DNA from: a virus
Virus record (IMG/VR): IMGVR_UViG_3300013126_000011
Length of the DNA: 64,000 nucleotides
Direction: 5' to 3' (one strand)
Shown: positions 57,310 through 64,000 of the stretch, in pieces
How the letters are laid out: every line of letters starts with the position of its first letter
Numbering within the stretch: the first letter of the stretch is position 1
Notes under the pieces: model-generated
Seen by the model: the letters and a program-made list of their open reading frames with translations, nothing else
Databases searched by the model: none
Told to the model about the DNA's origin: nothing
Position numbers and translations under genes: made by a program

Positions 57310-58356
57310 ATGAAGTGGAAGCTCGAAGATGCAAAAGTTGGTGCAGTGTATAGAGCAAGAGTAGATCTGTCAGAAGATGTTGTTGACAGTCTTACCAAGC
57401 TTGGATTGATTGACAGTAAGCTTCTTTTGGTTGAGATCTTTTATCTGCCAGCAATGAGCTATCGAGTGACTGTTTTGAATCTTGAGACAGCCAAAAAGAT
57501 CAGATCGTTGGCGCTTGAACGCTTTCTTGACAATTTCGAGGTAATCGAGTGAAAAATCAACCGGCAGCGATTATTTTTGAACCGAAATTGCAAGGATCTT
57601 ATTTGAGAGTTGAACATGCGCTTCATTATCGCAATTTTACAGAACAATTATTGATCTATATTGAAACGGAAGTATGGAGAAGGCATGGTTGCAGAGTTGC
57701 ACGCTTTTTGAATACTGTAACCGGAGAAATCGTTTCAATTGAACGTCGTGAATTTCCGCATTACTTTAGGCGGGTACCCGAATGACTGAACGTAAATGGC
57801 AAGCAAAAGTCAAACAAGAAAAGCAAGAACGAAAGCAAGTCAAGATTTACGTTGGCTCTAATTGGTGTTGGAGAGCGCAAGAACCTTGGGAATGGCGAAT
57901 GGGAACATCGAACAAGTTTTACGTGACTTCTTCGTTGTATACGGTTGTTGGAATTGAGAAGCGTTTTGATAGTGCAAAACTTATTGTGCTAGAAAATGAT
58001 TCTGGGATTATGCATTCAATGTCTCAGTATGATTTCGAAAGAGATTTTAAGCTGGTCAAGTCTTAACGATAAAAGCAATGAATACCAAAGAACGTCGAGA
58101 GCTTGAAGAAAAGTATGTCAACAAAGTAATGCGATTAACATATTTGAAAGACACAAAAAAGATCAATGAATGGCTGATTCTAATTTTGGAAGTGTCTCGC
58201 AATAATGTTACATATCTGATTCTGCCTGAAGGCATTGTTTCTTGCATGTCGACTGGATCATTCAAAGATCGATTGATTAAGAGTAGATGGCTAACTGATT
58301 TTGAGCTTGAGTTGATTGATTTGGAGAGCTATAATGACGACAACCGCTTTATTTGA
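57310..58356 (+). CDS. Run of four small SH3-like hypothetical genes (57310-57552, 57549-57785, 57782-58066, 58078-58356)
   Basis: Coupled short beta-rich ORFs ending in FLDNFEVI / FPHYFRRV / FERDFKLV-type motifs. Confidence 0.45.
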
Positions 58357-58493
58357 CAACGAAAAACTGATCAGGGCTGCAAAAGAAGCAATCGTTGCCT
58401 TTGATAATCGAGCATTAACAGACTCTCGATGTTGGCGAGCAGTGGTTGTCAGCAAGAAGAATCGTAAAGATTTTAAGGTGTTGCACAAGTTGC

Positions 58494-58522
58494 TTGACAG
58501 GCAATTTGGCTTCTGATATACT
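58494..58522 (+). promoter_or_regulatory. Sigma70-type early promoter upstream of the NAD cluster
   Basis: TTGACA-N17-TATACT. Confidence 0.7.
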
Positions 58523-58549
58523 GATGCTGAAATTGAGTGGAGAATAAAA

Positions 58550-58975
58550 TTGTCGATTCCTGCTGTTCTCAATCGTTATGATCTGTTTTATGAGCGCGAG
58601 ACAAATAACACCTACTTTTTTCTTGGTGACGAGAAGGGACGTTATTGTTTCCAGCAAACGCCCAATATTGTCAATAGTAAGTTGACTCGATATCCCAAGT
58701 TTAAGATCGATCCGTCGTTCTTCGACAAGCTTGAGCAGATTGCTTCAACGAAGCCCAATGTTTATGAGGATCTCATTTACAGCATTCAGTTTAATGAGGT
58801 TTTGCGATATCTTGAGCCTGATGAAAATAAGCATGCAGCAGTTATTTTTATGGTTCAGCCTATTGATGGTGAGCGTGGTTGTGCTACGTATCTGTTTGAT
58901 AACATTCGGTCAGTCGATCATCTTCGTCGTAGGAAGCTAGTCGAAGTTGGCGCTTGGGTAGCTATCAATCTTTAA
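58550..58975 (+). CDS. Hypothetical protein
   Basis: TTG after GGAG, first gene after the promoter. Confidence 0.5.
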   Translation: MSIPAVLNRYDLFYERETNNTYFFLGDEKGRYCFQQTPNIVNSKLTRYPKFKIDPSFFDKLEQIASTKPNVYEDLIYSIQFNEVLRYLEPDENKHAAVIFMVQPIDGERGCATYLFDNIRSVDHLRRRKLVEVGAWVAINL

Positions 58976-58989
58976 GGGAACTGAAACAA

Positions 58990-59163
58990 ATGACGATTGC
59001 AATTTTCAGACTTATTACGTTGCTTTGGATTGCTGGAGTTGTATTGGTGGTAAGAGGTTATGGTGCCTCCCTGACAGATAGTTTGCTGATTGGTGCTTTG
59101 TTTGTTTTGTATGGTATATTTTGTCGAGTTGACGATATTGCCGACAAGCTTGATGGGAAGTAA
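58990..59163 (+). CDS. Small two-TM membrane protein
   Basis: Two hydrophobic stretches. Confidence 0.4.
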   Translation: MTIAIFRLITLLWIAGVVLVVRGYGASLTDSLLIGALFVLYGIFCRVDDIADKLDGK

Positions 59164-59176
59164 AGGAAATTCAATA

Positions 59177-60382
59177 ATGTCTACTGAGCGAATCATTAAC
59201 AGTGTTCTTGATACAGATTTGTATAAGCTGACAATGCAAAATTTTGTGCATGCTTGTTATCCTAATGTACCTGTTGAGTATGAGCTTATTGTTCGCAAGC
59301 CCTTCGAACATGAGCTTGATATCAAGAAGTTTGCAGAGAATCTCGAAATTCAAGTTGGCATGATGAGTCAACTTTGTGTGAGCAACGAAGAGATTGCCTA
59401 TCTGAAGAGCTTGAATCTATTCAGCGATTTGTATCTTGAATGGCTTCAGAGAAATTTCAAGTTCTATCCTGATGATATTCATATTGAAGTTGTTGATGGC
59501 TGCTTGAAGGTGAAGGTTGCTTCGTATTTTCGTAATTGGGAACGGCTTATCCTTTGGGAAACGCCTCTGATGGCAATGATTTCTGAGCTTCGTTCCAGAA
59601 TGAGTGGTCTTCCGATGGTTCCGTTGAGCTATTCAGTGAACAGCTATAAGAAGATTGTACAATTTAAGCAGCATGAGCTATATGCATTTCATGCATTTCC
59701 TACAGAGTTTGGTACTCGTCGTAGGTTTTCTTATGATGCTCAAAAGCATTTTCTATTGACAGCTATCAATGTTTGTGGAGCAGAAAGCGTTTCAACCAGT
59801 AATGTTAAGCTTGCAATGGAGCTTGGTGTAAGACCAGTTGGTACAATGGCTCATGAGCTATTTATGGCTTTGTCTTCTGTTCGTGGTACTTTTGTTGGTA
59901 CAAATGCTAATGTTCTTTGTGATTGGAGCAATTTCTATAAGGGCAAGCTTGGTATCGCTCTGACAGACACTTGGACAAGCAAGGCTTTTTTCAACGAATT
60001 CGATGGCTATTTCGCACGGCTGTATGACGGAATTCGTCATGATTCTGGTGATGTTTTTGCGTTTTGTCAGCTTGCGCGAGACAATTATCGAAAGCACGGA
60101 ATCGATCCGAAGACCAAGAAGGTAGTGTTTTCTGACGGAATCAGCAGTTTTGATAAGGTTTACGAGATTGTTGATGCTTGCAAGTTTAACGATCTGATTC
60201 CTTCTTTTGCTGTTGGAACATGGTTCACTCATGATGTTGATGAATTGGACCCGATGAATATCGTTATTAAGCTTACGAAAGCTAATTGTGTCGGAACTGT
60301 CAAGTTGTCCGACAATATTGGCAAGGCTTTGGGAAGCAGGGAAAATATCGAGCGCTGCAAGAAGGAGCTTGACATTGCCTGA
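59177..60382 (+). CDS. pncB: Nicotinate phosphoribosyltransferase
   Basis: LDTDLYKLTM, EFGTRRRFS, GTMAHE, ALTDT, GIRHDSGD, VFSDG, NIVIKL, VKLSDNIGK. Confidence 0.9.
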   Translation: MSTERIINSVLDTDLYKLTMQNFVHACYPNVPVEYELIVRKPFEHELDIKKFAENLEIQVGMMSQLCVSNEEIAYLKSLNLFSDLYLEWLQRNFKFYPDDIHIEVVDGCLKVKVASYFRNWERLILWETPLMAMISELRSRMSGLPMVPLSYSVNSYKKIVQFKQHELYAFHAFPTEFGTRRRFSYDAQKHFLLTAINVCGAESVSTSNVKLAMELGVRPVGTMAHELFMALSSVRGTFVGTNANVLCDWSNFYKGKLGIALTDTWTSKAFFNEFDGYFARLYDGIRHDSGDVFAFCQLARDNYRKHGIDPKTKKVVFSDGISSFDKVYEIVDACKFNDLIPSFAVGTWFTHDVDELDPMNIVIKLTKANCVGTVKLSDNIGKALGSRENIERCKKELDIA

Positions 60383-60397
60383 GAGTGCTGCTATGCT
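60369..60397 (+). promoter_or_regulatory. Internal sigma70-type promoter
   Basis: TTGACA-N17-TATGCT. Confidence 0.55.
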
Positions 60398-60423
60398 GTG
60401 GCTGAACCTGGGAAGAGGTTGAA

Positions 60424-60606
60424 ATGACTGCTGAAGAATTCAAGGATCGTTTTGGTCGAGAACCCGAAGATGATGATCTTGATCGTGTAAATTGCAAAGA
60501 AGTTGGTACGCTTGGTCATTGGTTTTGTGGGGTCTGTGAAACTCACAACAAGCCAAGATTCGAATGTGGTTGCATGATCGACAACAGAAAGAAGATGGAG
60601 AATTAA
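60424..60606 (+). CDS. Small Zn-binding hypothetical protein
   Basis: DDLDRVNC...GHWFCGVCETH...C; RBS GAGG. Confidence 0.5.
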   Translation: MTAEEFKDRFGREPEDDDLDRVNCKEVGTLGHWFCGVCETHNKPRFECGCMIDNRKKMEN

Positions 60607-60607
60607 G

Positions 60608-61411
60608 ATGCTTAATCGTTATTTCAATGCTGAACATGCCGTCAATCAGATTTGTGGATGGATTCGTTCGTATGTAAATGGTGCTGGCAAGACCGATGTA
60701 GTGCTTGGTCTTTCTGGTGGCTGTGATAGTGCTGTTGTTGGCGCTCTTGCAATTCGAACACTTGGCAAAGAACACGTTCATCTTGTTGCCTTGCCTTGTG
60801 AGTCGAGCAAGGACAGCCTTTTGCACGCTCAGATGCAGGCAGATGCTTGGAAGATGCCTTTGCGAATTGAAGATCTGACTGAGAGCTTTCACCATCAGGC
60901 GAACAATTGGGATTTTCTGCTGTACTCTGACGATGACAAGATGAACGCGCTGATTCGTGGCAATACGAAGGCTCGTATGCGAATGGTGTTTCAGTATGCA
61001 TGGGCACAGAATCTTGATGCTCTTGTCATTGGTACTGGCAACAAGAGTGAAGAGTCTGTTGGCTATGCTACGAAGTTTGGTGACAATGCGGCAGATCTGT
61101 TTCCCATCGGAGCGTATTACAAGACGGAAGTATGGGAAATTGCGAAGTATCTTCGAGATCATACTTACGTTCCAGTAATCACAGAAATCATTGACAAGGC
61201 TCCTAGTGCTGATCTTTGGGCTGGTCAGACCGACGTTGATGAAATGGGCTTGCCTTCTTACGGTGTGCTTGATAATTGTCTGTGTTGGTTGTTTGGTGAA
61301 ACCGCTGTTGATAATGCTCCGATCACCAATGATCAGATTGCAAGGGTTCACCTTATGGTTGTGCGCTCGAAGCATAAGAATGAAGTTGTGCCTGTTTGTC
61401 CGAGGTTTTAA
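60608..61411 (+). CDS. nadE: NH3-dependent NAD+ synthetase
   Basis: GLSGGCDS, NTKARMRM, GTGNKSE, GYATKFGD, KAPSADL, QTDVDEMG; no glutaminase domain. Confidence 0.92.
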   Translation: MLNRYFNAEHAVNQICGWIRSYVNGAGKTDVVLGLSGGCDSAVVGALAIRTLGKEHVHLVALPCESSKDSLLHAQMQADAWKMPLRIEDLTESFHHQANNWDFLLYSDDDKMNALIRGNTKARMRMVFQYAWAQNLDALVIGTGNKSEESVGYATKFGDNAADLFPIGAYYKTEVWEIAKYLRDHTYVPVITEIIDKAPSADLWAGQTDVDEMGLPSYGVLDNCLCWLFGETAVDNAPITNDQIARVHLMVVRSKHKNEVVPVCPRF

Positions 61412-61962
61412 TGCTCAACGCACAAGCTGACATTCTTTTTCATCAGGGACGCTTTATTGATTTTCACGTCAAGTGGTTGGAATCTGAGGATTGTCACACA
61501 AAGATTGATTGGGAGTATGTTTCTCGAAAGAACAATCGAGAAGCAGTTGTAATCATTCCGTTTATCGAAGATCTTGATCGCTATTTGCTTGTCAAGCAGT
61601 ATCGACCGGCTGTTGGCTGTGAAGTGGTTGAATTTCCTGCTGGCTTGATGGATTCTGGTGAATCTGTTGAAGATACGGCAAGGCGAGAGCTTCTTGAGGA
61701 AACAGGATTTAAGATCCTTTCAATTGATTCGGTTACAAAGACTGCTTCAAGCCCTGGAATTACAAGCGAAATCGTTTGGCTAGTGCAAGCTACTGTCGAT
61801 CCCGAAGTCATTGCAAGCCCCAAGCGAGAAGAGACAGAAATTCTTCTGAATCTTCAATGCTTTACGGTCGATTCAGATATTGACATAAATCTCTTGCAAG
61901 ATATGGTCGGACCTGATACAATCCTAGATGCAAAGGTGGCGGCATATTTTGGTACGTTGTAG
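61396..61962 (+). CDS. Nudix hydrolase, ADP-ribose pyrophosphatase-like
   Basis: KQYRP, EFPAGLMDSGESVEDTARRELLEETG, SSPG. Confidence 0.85.
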   Translation: MSEVLMLNAQADILFHQGRFIDFHVKWLESEDCHTKIDWEYVSRKNNREAVVIIPFIEDLDRYLLVKQYRPAVGCEVVEFPAGLMDSGESVEDTARRELLEETGFKILSIDSVTKTASSPGITSEIVWLVQATVDPEVIASPKREETEILLNLQCFTVDSDIDINLLQDMVGPDTILDAKVAAYFGTL

Positions 61963-61970
61963 GGTTAACG

Positions 61971-62561
61971 ATGAACATTGGATTACTAGGTTTATCAGCG
62001 AATCCAATTCACAATGGCCATATCTATGTTGCAGAAAAGGCAATCAAAGATCTAAATCTCGATAAGCTATATGTTCTGCCCTGTGGCAAGAATCCTTTGG
62101 TAAATAAGCCAATGGCAGACTACATTACCAGATTCAGTTGGACAAGCGATGCCTTCGAGAACAATCCCAAGGTCAAAGTAATCTTTAGCGAATATGTGTA
62201 TTTTGTTGAGGTACTTTGTCAGGTTGTTGCTAGAGTCGAGAAAGACAACGAAACAAACGAATGGAACAAGTACTTTGTAATCGTTGGAAGTGACGAATAT
62301 CAAGAATTGCAGATGAATATGAGTTGGCGAGCAAGTCCGTTGATTCATAAGATCTGTGGTGTATATTTAGTTGATCGTCCAGAGGGAGCAATTAGCTCTT
62401 CTCAAATTCGAAAGTGGTTTGTGCAAGGAAACCTATTGGAGATTGAAAAGGTTGTTCCAGCTAGCGTATATGATGAACTAGTCGAAGACTATCAAGACGG
62501 TTGGTTATCGTCTTATTGGAAGCAAAAGAAGCAAAAGAAGCAGAGAAAGGAAAGTAAATGA
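61971..62561 (+). CDS. nadD: Nicotinate-nucleotide adenylyltransferase
   Basis: GLSANPIHNGH, IVGSD, ISSSQIR, VPASV. Confidence 0.82.
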   Translation: MNIGLLGLSANPIHNGHIYVAEKAIKDLNLDKLYVLPCGKNPLVNKPMADYITRFSWTSDAFENNPKVKVIFSEYVYFVEVLCQVVARVEKDNETNEWNKYFVIVGSDEYQELQMNMSWRASPLIHKICGVYLVDRPEGAISSSQIRKWFVQGNLLEIEKVVPASVYDELVEDYQDGWLSSYWKQKKQKKQRKESK

Positions 62562-63118
62562 AAAAGGCGCTCTTGATTATCGATGTTCAAAACGATTTTT
62601 GCGAAGGTGGCGCTCTTGCTGTGCCTGGAGCCAATGCGGAGTTTATCGAGAAGATCAGTAATCGAATCGATAATGTAGATTACGATCTTTTGGTATACAC
62701 GAAGGATTGGCACCCTAATGGCCATTGTTCGTTTACTACTGCTGGTGGTCCTTTTCCGATTCATTGTGTAAAGGGTTCCGTGGGTGCAGAGTTTCATAAG
62801 GGATTGCACTTTCCCAAGAATGCGTCGTATCATGTATTCAGCAAGGGAATTGAAGATAATAAGGAAGCCTTCAGTCCTTTCTTTGATACAAATGGCAACA
62901 AGGCAACCAGCATTGACAATCTGTTAAAGGTTGATGGAATTACCGATGTAGAAATTTGCGGATTGGTAATGCCATATTGTGTGTCTGCTACTGCTAAGGA
63001 TGCAAAAAAGTTTGGATATAACGTAACCGTTCGAACAGATCTTTCGTTGTATCTTGGCAATGAAGAAGATCGTATGCAGCATATGACCGAATTGCTAGAG
63101 GCTGGTATTGTTCTTTAA
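62558..63118 (+). CDS. pncA: Nicotinamidase
   Basis: IIDVQNDFCEGGALAV, DWHP, HCVKGS, SKG, YCVSATA. Confidence 0.92.
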   Translation: MKKALLIIDVQNDFCEGGALAVPGANAEFIEKISNRIDNVDYDLLVYTKDWHPNGHCSFTTAGGPFPIHCVKGSVGAEFHKGLHFPKNASYHVFSKGIEDNKEAFSPFFDTNGNKATSIDNLLKVDGITDVEICGLVMPYCVSATAKDAKKFGYNVTVRTDLSLYLGNEEDRMQHMTELLEAGIVL

Positions 63119-63128
63119 AGAGGTGAGC

Positions 63129-63308
63129 ATGTTATTGAAAGGTCGTAATAGTGTTGGCTGGCTGTTCTTTGTAATTGCTGCAATTGCATTTTGTGTGTTC
63201 TTTCCAGTTGTGGTTCAACCTTGTGTAATGTTATGTGACCTCCATCAATGTAAGCAGATTTGTACCACTGACAGGGCTAACGAAACTGTTGTTGGACTTG
63301 AAATCTAA
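63129..63308 (+). CDS. Small membrane protein
   Basis: ATG after GAGGTG; hydrophobic N-terminal helix, Cys-rich tail. Confidence 0.4.
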   Translation: MLLKGRNSVGWLFFVIAAIAFCVFFPVVVQPCVMLCDLHQCKQICTTDRANETVVGLEI

Positions 63309-63420
63309 GGAACGTTTTAAAAGATCGATCTTGTTGATGATCTGAGCTGCCTCCAAAGATGAAAGTTTCTCAAGCGATTCAATACCTTCGAAGAAAAAGA
63401 AGATGGGCTGCATTTTTTGA

Positions 63421-63449
63421 TGGACTTCTTAGGCAAGGTCGAGTATACT
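63421..63449 (+). promoter_or_regulatory. Sigma70-type early promoter
   Basis: TGGACT-N17-TATACT. Confidence 0.5.
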
Positions 63450-63520
63450 GTGTCTATGGTTGAAGGAGATTGGCTCCCGAAACTGACGCGGAAATGATTC
63501 CGCATCGTTGGAGGTTTCTT

Positions 63521-63916
63521 ATGGGTCGTCAGGTTGGTCAGCAGGGTCGTTGTAGTGTGTGTGGTCAGGTTGGTCACAATGCTCGTACTTGTCCGAACAA
63601 GGACAATGCCGAATTGGTGGCTGCGTTCAAGGCTGAGTGCGAGGCTGCCAAGGCTGCTGCGAAGGCTGCCAAGGGTCCGGCTGGTAAGCGTGGTCGGAAG
63701 CCCGTTGCGAACGCTGTGGTGTGTTTTGAGCGCAAGGATGGCTCGTGCGGGTTCCTGCGCGATCATGTTGGCGTACTGCGCTCTGACGCTGATCTGACGT
63801 GCCTGGAGAAGAACGTCAGCCTGTCGCCTGACAGCAAGGTGGCTGGTTACTTCGTCGGCAAGTTTGTGCCTGCCCAGGTCAAGTTTACCGGCAAGCGCAA
63901 GCACGTCACGCTGTAG
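63521..63916 (+). CDS. Basic protein with N-terminal CCHC zinc knuckle
   Basis: CSVCGQVGHNARTC, Ala/Lys-rich linker, KRGRKP; ATG after GGAGG. Confidence 0.6.
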   Translation: MGRQVGQQGRCSVCGQVGHNARTCPNKDNAELVAAFKAECEAAKAAAKAAKGPAGKRGRKPVANAVVCFERKDGSCGFLRDHVGVLRSDADLTCLEKNVSLSPDSKVAGYFVGKFVPAQVKFTGKRKHVTL

Positions 63917-64000
63917 TAGCCGTCAGTTTGACGGAAACGGTACAAGAGGCTGGCAAACAGATAACTGTGCAGGGGTTGCTTGCAGCGATTCTTGCCATAC

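Noticed and set aside
59177-60382. Nampt (NadV) of the known NARP2 pathway
   Set aside because: Motifs are PncB-type (TDLYK, EFGTRRRFS, GTMAHE), and PncA and NadE are only needed for the deamidated route
60440-61375. 311-aa minus-strand ORF
   Set aside because: Antisense shadow of nadE with no recognisable motifs
63317-63904. 195-aa minus-strand ORF
   Set aside because: Antisense to the zinc-knuckle gene; explained by GC-rich codon bias
1-64000. Stop-codon reassignment
   Set aside because: Conserved genes are full length in the standard code and end in TAA, TAG and TGA; no suppressor tRNA seen

Overview
A 64-kb slice of a large T4-like (myovirus, probably jumbo) phage genome, gene-dense and almost entirely on the + strand, read with the standard genetic code. 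In order: (1) tail module (tube, chaperone with a likely programmed frameshift, tape measure, baseplate); (2) replication/recombination genes (short PolA, tubulin-like protein, Tad2-like DUF2829, gp32-like SSB, RecA/UvsX, 5'-3' exonuclease, DnaB/gp41 helicase); (3) class II RNR and DnaE, each fractured by a split intein with a free-standing endonuclease gene between the halves; (4) a five-member paralogous family of large proteins with a conserved Cys/His core; (5) dUTPase, macrodomain, IMPDH/GMPR, ClpP, GroEL and a Ser-only tRNA cluster invaded by an endonuclease gene; (6) a complete deamidating NAD+ salvage cluster (pncB, nadE, Nudix, nadD, pncA). Best novelty candidates: three tandem small SH3-like paralogs (42555-43970) that each carry a different fragment of a gp23-type major capsid protein, including the Gol-peptide-equivalent region (possible capsid decoys); the five-enzyme NAD+ pathway, which differs from NARP1/NARP2; and a DnaE intein split between blocks F and G, leaving a 20-aa IntC. 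All calls come from motif recognition by eye and recalled reference motifs; no searches were run.
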